DNA of 64,000 nt from contig JBHGNT010000024.1 in the NCBI GenBank assembly GCA_043228905.1, forward strand, positions 248,001 to 312,000. Reading direction: 5' to 3'. The DNA comes from Azolla caroliniana (taxonomy: Eukaryota; Plantae; Polypodiophyta). This document shows positions 1-12,900 of this stretch, in pieces (within the stretch, counting starts at the first letter, position 1; each line of letters begins with the position of its first letter). Below the pieces are notes generated by a model. The model searched no databases and was not told the DNA's origin. It saw only the letters and a list, made by a program, of their open reading frames with translations. A program made the translations under genes and the position numbers.

Positions 1-3000
1 AACTTGAGGAGGGAGTTGAGAGGAGCCCTTGAGTAAATTAAAATGTTCATACCTGGCTCGTGTGATATCGGATTTTTGTGTTCAAACATGCAAATCGAAG
101 CTAGCAACGCTACCTATGATATGAAATTAAAAAATCAAGATTTTAAAACGCAAGTCCAGAGACATGACGAAATTACCAAATTTGAGGAGTGAGCTGAGAA
201 GAGCCCTTGAGTAAATTAAAATGTTCATACCTGGCTCGTGTCATATCGTATTTTTGTGTTCAAACATGCGAATCGAAGCTAACAACGCTAGCTATGAGAT
301 GGAATTAAAAAATCAAGATTTTGAAACTCAAGTCGAGAGACATGACGAAAATAGCAAACTTGATGAGGGAGTTGAGAGGAGCCCTTGAGTAAATTAAAAT
401 GTTCATACCTGGCTCGTGTGATATCGGATTTTTGTGTTCAAACATGCAAATCGAAGCTAGCAACGCTAGCTATGATATGGAATTAAAAAATCAAGATTTT
501 GAAACTCAGGTCGAGAGACATGACGAAATTACCAAATTTGAGGAGTGAGCTGAGAAGAGCCCTTGAGTAAATTAAAATGTTCATACCTGGCTCGTGTCAT
601 ATCGTATTTTTGTGTTCAAACATGCGAATCGAAGCTAACAACGCTAGCTATGAGATGGAATTAAAAAATCAAGATTTTGAAACTCAGGTCGAGAGACATG
701 ACGAAAATAGCAAACTTGATGAGGGAGTTGAGAGGAGCCCTTGAGTAAATTAAAATGTTCATACCTGGCTCGTGTGATATCGGATTTTTGTGTTCAAACA
801 TGCAAATCGAAGCTAGCAACGCTAGCTATGATATGGAATTAAAAAATCAAGATTTTGAAACTCAGGTCGAGAGACATGACGAAAATAGCAAACTTGAGGA
901 GGGAGTTGAGAGGAGCCCTTGAGTTAATTAAAATGTTCATACCTGGCTCGTGTGGTAACGGATTTTTGTGTTCAAACATGCAAATCGAAGCTAACAATGC
1001 TAGCTATGATATGGAATTAAAAAATCAAGATTTTGAAACTCAGGTCGAGAGACATGACGAAAATAGCAAACTTGAGGACGGAGTTGAGAGGAGCCCTTGA
1101 GTAAATTAAAATGTTCATACCTGGCTCGTGTGATATCGGATTTTTGTGTTCAAACATGCAAATTGAAGCTGGCGACGCTACCTATGATATGGAATTAAAA
1201 AATCAAGATTTTGAAACTCAGGTCGAGAGACATAACGAAAATAGCAAACTTGAGGAGGGAGTTGAGAGGAGCCCTTGAGTAAATTAAAATGTTCATACCT
1301 GGCTCTTGTGATATCGGATTATTGTGTTCAAACATGCGAATCGAAGCTAACAACGCTAGCTATGATATGGAATTTAAAAATCAAGATTTTAAAAGTCAAG
1401 TCCAGAGACATGACCACAATAGCAAACCTGAGGAGGGAGTTGAGAGGAGCCCTTGAGTAAATTAAAATGTTCATACCTGGCTCGTGTGATATCGGACTTT
1501 TGTGTTCAAACATGCGAATCGAAGCTAGCAACGCTAGCTATGATATGAAATTAAAAAATCAAGAATTTGAAACTCAGGTCGAGAGATGTGACGAAATTAC
1601 CAAATTTGAGGAATGATTTGAGAGGAGCCCTTGAGTAAATTAAAATGTTCATATCGGGCTCGTGTGATATCGGATTTTTGTGTTCAAACATGCAAATCGA
1701 AGCTAACAACGCTACCTATGATATGGAATTAAAAAATCAAGATTTTAAAACTCAAGTCCAGAGACATGACGAAATTAGCAAACTTGAGGAGTGAGTTGAG
1801 AAGAGGTAGTAGGTAAATTAAAATGTTCATACCTGGCTCGTGTCATATCGGTTTTTGTGTTCAAACATGCCAATCGAAGCTAACAACGCTCGCTATGATA
1901 TGGAATTAAAAAATCAAGACTTTGAAACTCAGGTCGAGAGACATGACGAAATTACCAAATTGGAGGAGTGAGTTGAGAAGAGGTAGTAGGTAAATTAAAA
2001 GGTTCATACCTGGCTCGTGTGATATCGGATTTTTGTGTCCAAACATGCAAATGGAAGCTAACAACGCTAGGTATGATGTGGAATTAAAAAATCAAGATTT
2101 TGAAACTCAGGTCGAGAGACATGACGAAAATAGCAAACTTGAGGAAGGAGTTGAGAGGAGCCCTTGAGTAAATTAAAATGTTCATACCTGGCTCGTGTGA
2201 TATCGGATTTTTGTGTTCAAACATGCAAATGGAAGCTAACAACGCTAGCTATGATGTGGAATTAATAAATCAAGCTTTTGAAACTCAAGTCCAGAGACAT
2301 GACGAAATTACCAATTTTGAGGAGTGAGTTGAGAAGAGCTAGTAGGTAAATTAAAATGCTCATACCTGGCTCGTGTCATATCGGATTTATCTGTACAAAT
2401 ATGCGAATCGAAGCTAACAACGCTAGCTATGAGATGGAATTAAAAAATCAAGATTTTGAAACTCAGGTCGAGAGACATGACGAAAATAGCAAACTTGAGG
2501 AAGGAGTTGAGAAGAGCTAGTAGGTAAATTAAAATGTTCATACCTGGCTCGTGTGATATCGGATTTTTGTGTTCAAACATGCAAATCGAAGCTAACAACG
2601 CTAGCTATGATATGGAATTAAAAATCCAAGAATTTGAAACTCAGGTCGAGAGATGTGACGAAATTACCAAATTTGAGGAGTGATTTGAGAGGAGCCCTTG
2701 AGTAAATTAAAATGTTCATATCGGGCTCGTGTGATATCGGATTTTTGTGTTCAAACATGCAAATCGAAGCTAACAACGCTACCTATGATATGGAATTAAA
2801 AAATCAAGATTCTAAAACTCAGGTCGAGAGACATGACGAAAATAGCAAACTTGAGGAGGGAGTTGAGAGGAGCCCTTGAGTAAATTAAAATGTTCATACC
2901 TGGCTCGTGTGATATCGGATTTTTGTGTTCAAACATGCAAATCGAAGCTAGCAACGCTAGCTATGATATGGAATTAAAAAATCAAGATTTTAAAACTCAG

Positions 3001-6000
3001 GTCGAGAGACATGATGAAAATAGCAAACTTGAGGAGGGAGTTGAGAGGAGCCCTTGAGTAAATTAAAATGTTCATACCTGGCTCGTGTGATATCGGATTT
3101 TTGTGTTCAAACATGCAAATCGAAGCTAGCAACGCTACCTATGATATGAAATTAAAAAATCAAGATTTTAAAACGCAAGTCCAGAGACATGACGAAATTA
3201 CCAAATTTGAGGAGTGAGCTGAGAAGAGCCCTTGAGTAAATTAAAATGTTCATACCTGGCTCGTGTCATATCGTATTTTTGTGTTCAAACATGCGAATCG
3301 AAGCTAACAACGCTAGCTATGAGATGGAATTAAAAAATCAAGATTTTGAAACTCAAGTCGAGAGACATGACGAAAATAGCAAACTTGATGAGGGAGTTGA
3401 GAGGAGGCCTTGAGTAAATTAAAATGTTCATACCTGGCTCGTGTGATATCGGATTTTTGTGTTCAAACATGCAAATCGAAGCTAACAACGCTACCTATGA
3501 TATGGAATTAAAAAATCAAGATTTTAAAACTCAAGTCCAGAGACATGACGAAATTAGCAAACTTGAGGAGTGAGTTGAGAAGAGGTAGTAGGTAAATTAA
3601 AATGTTCATACCTGGCTCGTGTCATATCGGTTTTTGTGTTCAAACATGCCAATCGAAGCTAACAACGCTCGCTATGATATGGAATTAAAAAATCAAGACT
3701 TTGAAACTCAGGTCGAGAGACATGACGAAATTACCAAATTGGAGGAGTGAGTTGAGAAGAGGTAGTAGGTAAATTAAAAGGTTCATACCTGGCTCGTGTG
3801 ATATCGGATTTTTGTGTCCAAACATGCAAATGGAAGCTAACAACGCTAGGTATGATGTGGAATTAAAAAATCAAGATTTTGAAACTCAGGTCGAGAGACA
3901 TGACGAAAATAGCAAACTTGAGGAAGGAGTTGAGAGGAGCCCTTGAGTAAATTAAAATGTTCATACCTGGCTCGTGTGATATCGGATTTTTGTGTTCAAA
4001 CATGCAAATGGAAGCTAACAACGCTAGCTATGATGTGGAATTAATAAATCAAGCTTTTGAAACTCAAGTCCAGAGACATGACGAAATTACCAATTTTGAG
4101 GAGTGAGTTGAGAAGAGCTAGTAGGTAAATTAAAATGCTCATACCTGGCTCGTGTCATATCGGATTTATCTGTACAAATATGCGAATCGAAGCTAACAAC
4201 GCTAGCTATGAGATGGAATTAAAAAATCAAGATTTTGAAACTCAGGTCGAGAGACATGACGAAAATAGCAAACTTGAGGAAGGAGTTGAGAAGAGCTAGT
4301 AGGTAAATTAAAATGTTCATACCTGGCTCGTGTGATATCGGATTTTTGTGTTCAAACATGCAAATCGAAGCTAACAACGCTAGCTATGATATGGAATTAA
4401 ACATCCAAGAATTTGAAACTCAGGTCGAGAGATGTGACGAAATTACCAAATTTGAGGAGTGATTTGAGAGGAGCCCTTGAGTAAATTAAAATGTTCATAT
4501 CGGGCTCGTGTGATATCGGATTTTTGTGTTCAAACATGCAAATCGAAGCTAACAACGCTACCTATGATATGGAATTAAAAAATCAAGATTCTAAAACTCA
4601 GGTCGAGAGACATGACGAAAATAGCAAACTTGAGGAGGGAGTTGAGAGGAGCCCTTGAGTAAATTAAAATGTTCATACCTGGCTCGTGTGATATCGGATT
4701 TTTGTGTTCAAACATGCAAATCGAAGCTAGCAACGCTACCTATGATATGAAATTAAAAAATCAAGATTTTAAAACGCAAGTCCAGAGACATGACGAAATT
4801 ACCAAATTTGAGGAGTGAGCTGAGAAGAGCCCTTGAGTAAATTAAAATGTTCATACCTGGCTCGTGTCATATCGTATTTTTGTGTTCAAACATGCGAATC
4901 GAAGCTAACAACGCTAGCTATGAGATGGAATTAAAAAATCAAGATTTTGAAACTCAAGTCGAGAGACATGACGAAAATAGCAAACTTGATGAGGGAGTTG
5001 AGAGGAGCCCTTGAGTAAATTAAAATGTTCATACCTGGCTCGTGTGATATCGGATTTTTGTGTTCAAACATGCAAATCGAAGCTAGCAACGCTAGCTATG
5101 ATATGGAATTAAAAAATCAAGATTTTGAAACTCAGGTCGAGAGACATGACGAAATTACCAAATTTGAGGAGTGAGCTGAGAAGAGCCCTTGAGTAAATTA
5201 AAATGTTCATACCTGGCTCGTGTCATATCGTATTTTTGTGTTCAAACATGCGAATCGAAGCTAACAACGCTAGCTATGAGATGGAATTAAAAAATCAAGA
5301 TTTTGAAACTCAGGTCGAGAGACATGACGAAAATAGCAAACTTGATGAGGGAGTTGAGAGGAGCCCTTGAGTAAATTAAAATGTTCATACCTGGCTCGTG
5401 TGATATCGGATTTTTGTGTTCAAACATGCAAATCGAAGCTAGCAACGCTAGCTATGATATGGAATTAAAAAATCAAGATTTTGAAACTCAGGTCGAGAGA
5501 CATGACGAAAATAGCAAACTTGAGGAGGGAGTTGAGAGGAGCCCTTGAGTTAATTAAAATGTTCATACCTGGCTCGTGTGGTAACGGATTTTTGTGTTCA
5601 AACATGCAAATCGAAGCTAACAATGCTAGCTATGATATGGAATTAAAAAATCAAGATTTTGAAACTCAGGTCGAGAGACATGACGAAAATAGCAAACTTG
5701 AGGACGGAGTTGAGAGGAGCCCTTGAGTAAATTAAAATGTTCATACCTGGCTCGTGTGATATCGGATTTTTGTGTTCAAACATGCAAATTGAAGCTGGCG
5801 ACGCTACCTATGATATGGAATTAAAAAATCAAGATTTTGAAACTCAGGTCGAGAGACATAACGAAAATAGCAAACTTGAGGAGGGAGTTGAGAGGAGCCC
5901 TTGAGTAAATTAAAATGTTCATACCTGGCTCTTGTGATATCGGATTATTGTGTTCAAACATGCGAATCGAAGCTAACAACGCTAGCTATGATATGGAATT

Positions 6001-9000
6001 TAAAAATCAAGATTTTAAAAGTCAAGTCCAGAGACATGACCACAATAGCAAACCTGAGGAGGGAGTTGAGAGGAGCCCTTGAGTAAATTAAAATGTTCAT
6101 ACCTGGCTCGTGTGATATCGGACTTTTGTGTTCAAACATGCGAATCGAAGCTAGCAACGCTAGCTATGATATGAAATTAAAAAATCAAGAATTTGAAACT
6201 CAGGTCGAGAGATGTGACGAAATTACCAAATTTGAGGAATGATTTGAGAGGAGCCCTTGAGTAAATTAAAATGTTCATACCTGGCTCGTGTGATATCGGA
6301 TTTTTGTGTTCAAACATGCAAATCGAAGCTAACAACGCTACCTATGATATGGAATTAAAAAATCAAGATTTTAAAACTCAAGTCCAGAGACATGACGAAA
6401 TTAGCAAACTTGAGGAGTGAGTTGAGAAGAGGTAGTAGGTAAATTAAAATGTTCATACCTGGCTCGTGTCATATCGGTTTTTGTGTTCAAACATGCCAAT
6501 CGAAGCTAACAACGCTCGCTATGATATGGAATTAAAAAATCAAGACTTTGAAACTCAGGTCGAGAGACATGACGAAATTACCAAATTGGAGGAGTGAGTT
6601 GAGAAGAGGTAGTAGGTAAATTAAAAGGTTCATACCTGGCTCGTGTGATATCGGATTTTTGTGTCCAAACATGCAAATGGAAGCTAACAACGCTAGGTAT
6701 GATGTGGAATTAAAAAATCAAGATTTTGAAACTCAGGTCGAGAGACATGACGAAAATAGCAAACTTGAGGAAGGAGTTGAGAGGAGCCCTTGAGTAAATT
6801 AAAATGTTCATACCTGGCTCGTGTGATATCGGATTTTTGTGTTCAAACATGCAAATGGAAGCTAACAACGCTAGCTATGATGTGGAATTAATAAATCAAG
6901 CTTTTGAAACTCAAGTCCAGAGACATGACGAAATTACCAATTTTGAGGAGTGAGTTGAGAAGAGCTAGTAGGTAAATTAAAATGCTCATACCTGGCTCGT
7001 GTCATATCGGATTTATCTGTACAAATATGCGAATCGAAGCTAACAACGCTAGCTATGAGATGGAATTAAAAAATCAAGATTTTGAAACTCAGGTCGAGAG
7101 ACATGACGAAAATAGCAAACTTGAGGAAGGAGTTGAGAAGAGCTAGTAGGTAAATTAAAATGTTCATACCTGGCTCGTGTGATATCGGATTTTTGTGTTC
7201 AAACATGCAAATCGAAGCTAACAACGCTAGCTATGATATGGAATTAAACATCCAAGAATTTGAAACTCAGGTCGAGAGATGTGACGAAATTACCAAATTT
7301 GAGGAGTGATTTGAGAGGAGCCCTTGAGTAAATTAAAATGTTCATATCGGGCTCGTGTGATATCGGATTTTTGTGTTCAAACATGCAAATCGAAGCTAAC
7401 AACGCTACCTATGATATGGAATTAAAAAATCAAGATTCTAAAACTCAGGTCGAGAGACATGACGAAAATAGCAAACTTGAGGAGGGAGTTGAGAGGAGCC
7501 CTTGAGTAAATTAAAATGTTCATACCTGGCTCGTGTGATATCGGATTTTTGTGTTCAAACATGCAAATCGAAGCTAGCAACGCTACCTATGATATGAAAT
7601 TAAAAAATCAAGATTTTAAAACGCAAGTCCAGAGACATGACGAAATTACCAAATTTGAGGAGTGAGCTGAGAAGAGCCCTTGAGTAAATTAAAATGTTCA
7701 TACCTGGCTCGTGTCATATCGTATTTTTGTGTTCAAACATGCGAATCGAAGCTAACAACGCTAGCTATGAGATGGAATTAAAAAATCAAGATTTTGAAAC
7801 TCAAGTCGAGAGACATGACGAAAATAGCAAACTTGATGAGGGAGTTGAGAGGAGCCCTTGAGTAAATTAAAATGTTCATACCTGGCTCGTGTGATATCGG
7901 ATTTTTGTGTTCAAACATGCAAATCGAAGCTAGCAACGCTAGCTATGATATGGAATTAAAAAATCAAGATTTTGAAACTCAGGTCGAGAGACATGACGAA
8001 ATTACCAAATTTGAGGAGTGAGCTGAGAAGAGCCCTTGAGTAAATTAAAATGTTCATACCTGGCTCGTGTCATATCGTATTTTTGTGTTCAAACATGCGA
8101 ATCGAAGCTAACAACGCTAGCTATGAGATGGAATTAAAAAATCAAGATTTTGAAACTCAGGTCGAGAGACATGACGAAAATAGCAAACTTGATGAGGGAG
8201 TTGAGAGGAGCCCTTGAGTAAATTAAAATGTTCATACCTGGCTCGTGTGATATCGGATTTTTGTGTTCAAACATGCAAATCGAAGCTAGCAACGCTAGCT
8301 ATGATATGGAATTAAAAAATCAAGATTTTGAAACTCAGGTCGAGAGACATGACGAAAATAGCAAACTTGAGGAGGGAGTTGAGAGGAGCCCTTGAGTTAA
8401 TTAAAATGTTCATACCTGGCTCGTGTGGTAACGGATTTTTGTGTTCAAACATGCAAATCGAAGCTAACAATGCTAGCTATGATATGGAATTAAAAAATCA
8501 AGATTTTGAAACTCAGGTCGAGAGACATGACGAAAATAGCAAACTTGAGGACGGAGTTGAGAGGAGCCCTTGAGTAAATTAAAATGTTCATACCTGGCTC
8601 GTGTGATATCGGATTTTTGTGTTCAAACATGCAAATTGAAGCTGGCGACGCTACCTATGATATGGAATTAAAAAATCAAGATTTTGAAACTCAGGTCGAG
8701 AGACATAACGAAAATAGCAAACTTGAGGAGGGAGTTGAGAGGAGCCCTTGAGTAAATTAAAATGTTCATACCTGGCTCTTGTGATATCGGATTATTGTGT
8801 TCAAACATGCAAATCGAAGCTAACAACGCTAGCTATGATATGGAATTTAAAAATCAAGATTTTAAAAGTCAAGTCCAGAGACATGACCACAATAGCAAAC
8901 CTGAGGAGGGAGTTGAGAGGAGCCCTTGAGTAAATTAAAATGTTCATACCTGGCTCGTGTGATATCGGACTTTTGTGTTCAAACATGCGAATCGAAGCTA

Positions 9001-9850
9001 GCAACGCTAGCTATGATATGAAATTAAAAAATCAAGAATTTGAAACTCAGGTCGAGAGATGTGACGAAATTACCAAATTTGAGGAATGATTTGAGAGGAG
9101 CCCTTGAGTAAATTAAAATGTTCATATCGGGCTCGTGTGATATCGGATTTTTGTGTTCAAACATGCAAATCGAAGCTAACAACGCTACCTATGATATGGA
9201 ATTAAAAAATCAAGATTTTAAAACTCAAGTCCAGAGACATGACGAAATTAGCAAACTTGAGGAGTGAGTTGAGAAGAGGTAGTAGGTAAATTAAAATGTT
9301 CATACCTGGCTCGTGTCATATCGGTTTTTGTGTTCAAACATGCCAATCGAAGCTAACAACGCTCGCTATGATATGGAATTAAAAAATCAAGACTTTGAAA
9401 CTCAGGTCGAGAGACATGACGAAATTACCAAATTGGAGGAGTGAGTTGAGAAGAGGTAGTAGGTAAATTAAAAGGTTCATACCTGGCTCGTGTGATATCG
9501 GATTTTTGTGTCCAAACATGCAAATGGAAGCTAACAACGCTAGGTATGATGTGGAATTAAAAAATCAAGATTTTGAAACTCAGGTCGAGAGACATGACGA
9601 AAATAGCAAACTTGAGGAAGGAGTTGAGAGGAGCCCTTGAGTAAATTAAAATGTTCATACCTGGCTCGTGTGATATCGGATTTTTGTGTTCAAACATGCA
9701 AATGGAAGCTAACAACGCTAGCTATGATGTGGAATTAATAAATCAAGCTTTTGAAACTCAAGTCCAGAGACATGACGAAATTACCAATTTTGAGGAGTGA
9801 GTTGAGAAGAGCTAGTAGGTAAATTAAAATGCTCATACCTGGCTCGTGTG
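1..9850 (+). repeat. HOR domain A: 16-monomer HOR (2847 bp). Copies at 1-2847 and 4627-7473, a partial copy at 7474-about 9850, and a 10-monomer (1779 bp) variant unit at 2848-4626.
   Basis: The 1-bp-deletion marker TCGGTTTTTG sits at about 1851, 3630, 6477 and 9324 (spacings 1779, 2847, 2847). Identical spurious ORFs start at 855, 5481 and 8328 (spacings 4626 and 2847). Confidence 0.93.
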
Positions 9851-9959
9851 ATATCCGATTTTTGTGTTCAAACATGGGAATCGAAGCTAACAACGCTAGC
9901 TATGATATGGAATTAAAAAATCAACATTTTGAAACTCATGTCGACAGATGTGACGAAAA

Positions 9960-12900
9960 TAGCAAACTTGAGGAAGGAGTTGAGAAGAGCTAGTAGGTAA
10001 ATTAAAATGTTCATACCTGGCTCGTGTGATATCGGATTTTTGTGTTCAAACATGCAAATGGAAGCTAACAACGCTAGCTATGATGTGGAATTAATAAATC
10101 AAGCTTTTGAAACTCAGGTCGAGAGATGTGACGAAATTACCAAATTTGAGGAGTGATTTGAGAGGAGCCCTTGAGTAAATTAAAATGTTCATATCGGGCT
10201 CGTGTGATATCGGATTTTTGTGTTCAAACATGGAAATCGAAGCTAACAACGCTACCTATGATATGGAATTAAAAAATCAAGATTCTAAAACTCAGGTCGA
10301 GAGACATGACGAAAATAGCAAACTTGAGGAGGGAGTTGAGAGGAGCCCTTGAGTAAATTAAAATGTTCATACCTGGCTCGTGTGATATCGGATTTTTGTG
10401 TTCAAACATGCAAATCGAAGCTAGCAACGCTAGCTATGATATGGAATTAAAAAATCAAGATTTTAAAACTCAGGTCGAGAGACATGATGAAAATAGCAAA
10501 CTTGAGGAGGGAGTTGAGAGGAGCCCTTGAGTAAATTAAAATGTTCATACCTGGCTCGTGTGATATCGGATTTTTGTGTTCAAACATGCAAATCGAAGCT
10601 AGCAACGCTAGCTATGATATGGAATTAAAAAATCAAAATTTTGAAACTCAGGTCGAGAGACATGACGAAATTACCAAATTTGAGGAGTGAGCTGAGAAGA
10701 GCCCTTGAGTAAATTAAAATGTTCATACCTGGCTCGTGTCATATCGTATTTTTGTGTTCAAACATGCGAATCGAAGCTAACAACGCTAGCTATGAGATGG
10801 AATTAAAAAATCAAGATTTTGAAACTCAGGTCGAGAGACATGACGAAAATAGCAAACTTGAGGAAGGAGTTGAGAGGAGCCCTTGAGTAAATTAAAATGT
10901 TCATACCTGGCTCGTGTGATATCGGATTTTTGTGTTCAAACATGCAAATGGAAGCTAACAACGCTAGCTATGATGTGGAATTAATAAATCAAGCTTTTGA
11001 AACTCAAGTCCAGAGACATGACGAAATTACCAATTTTGAGGAGTGAGTTGAGAAGAGCTAGTAGGTAAATTAAAATGCTCATACCTGGCTCGTGTCATAT
11101 CGGATTTATCTGTTCAAATATGCGAATCGAAGCTAACAATGCTAGCTATGAGATGGAATTAAAAAATCAAGATTTTGAAACTCAGGTCGAGAGACATGAC
11201 GAAAATAGCAAACTTGAGGAAGGAGTTGAGAAGAGCTAGTAGGTAAATTAAAATGTTCATACCTGGCTCGTGTGATATCGGATTTTTGTGTTCAAACATG
11301 CAAATGGAAGCTAACAACGCTAGCTATGATGTGGAATTAATAAATCAAGCTTTTGAAACTCAGGTCGAGAGATGTGACGAAATTACCAAATTTGAGGAGT
11401 GATTTGAGAGGAGCCCTTGAGTAAATTAAAATGTTCATATCGGGCTCGTGTGATATCGGATTTTTGTGTTCAAACATGGAAATCGAAGCTAACAACGCTA
11501 CCTATGATATGGAATTAAAAAATCAAGATTCTAAAACTCAGGTCGAGAGACATGACGAAAATAGCAAACTTGAGGAGGGAGTTGAGAGGAGCCCTTGAGT
11601 AAATTAAAATGTTCATACCTGGCTCGTGTGATATCGGATTTTTGTGTTCAAACATGCAAATCGAAGCTAGCAACGCTAGCTATGATATGGAATTAAAAAA
11701 TCAAGATTTTAAAACTCAGGTCGAGAGACATGATGAAAATAGCAAACTTGAGGAGGGAGTTGAGAGGAGCCCTTGAGTAAATTAAAATGTTCATACCTGG
11801 CTCGTGTGATATCGGATTTTTGTGTTCAAACATGCAAATCGAAGCTAGCAACGCTAGCTATGATATGGAATTAAAAAATCAAGATTTTGAAACTCAGGTC
11901 GAGAGACATGACGAAATTACCAAATTTGAGGAGTGAGCTGAGAAGAGCCCTTGAGTAAATTAAAATGTTCATACCTGGCTCGTGTGATATCGGATTTTTG
12001 TGTTCAAACATGCAAATTGAAGCTGGCGACGCTACCTATGATATGGAATTAAAAAATCAAGATTTTGAAACTCAGGTCGAGAGACATGACGAAAATAGCA
12101 AACTTGAGGAAGGAGTTGAGAGGAGCCCTTGAGTAAATTAAAATGTTCATACCTGGCTCGTGTGATATCGGATTTTTGTGTTCAAACATGCAAATGGAAG
12201 CTAACAACGCTAGCTATGATGTGGAATTAATAAATCAAGCTTTTGAAACTCAAGTCCAGAGACATGACGAAATTACCAATTTTGAGGAGTGAGTTGAGAA
12301 GAGCTAGTAGGTAAATTAAAATGCTCATACCTGGCTCGTGTCATATCGTATTTATCTGTTCAAATATGCGAATCGAAGCTAACAACGCTAGCTATGAGAT
12401 GGAATTAAAAAATCAAGATTTTGAAACTCAGGTCGAGAGACATGACGAAAATAGCAAACTTGAGGAAGGAGTTGAGAAGAGCTAGTAGGTAAATTAAAAT
12501 GTTCATACCTGGCTCGTGTGATATCGGATTTTTGTGTTCAAACATGCAAATGGAAGCTAACAACGCTAGCTATGATGTGGAATTAATAAATCAAGCTTTT
12601 GAAACTCAGGTCGAGAGATGTGACGAAATTACCAAATTTGAGGAGTGATTTGAGAGGAGCCCTTGAGTAAATTAAAATGTTCATATCGGGCTCGTGTGAT
12701 ATCGGATTTTTGTGTTCAAACATGGAAATCGAAGCTAACAACGCTACCTATGATATGGAATTAAAAAATCAAGATTCTAAAACTCAGGTCGAGAGACATG
12801 ACGAAAATAGCAAACTTGAGGAGGGAGTTGAGAGGAGCCCTTGAGTAAATTAAAATGTTCATACCTGGCTCGTGTGATATCGGATTTTTGTGTTCAAACA

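Noticed and set aside
5-25. GAGGAGG as a Shine-Dalgarno site, or the G-rich tract as a G-quadruplex
   Set aside because: The context is a non-coding satellite with no properly spaced real ORF. The tract has only one G3 run and two G2 runs, too few for a canonical G4.
60-135. Origin of the monomer from a shorter internal sub-repeat (TGATATCGGATT vs TGATATGGAATT, 54 bp apart; two AATTAAAA motifs)
   Set aside because: The similarities are short and AT-rich, with no consistent sub-period. This cannot be supported without a statistical self-alignment.
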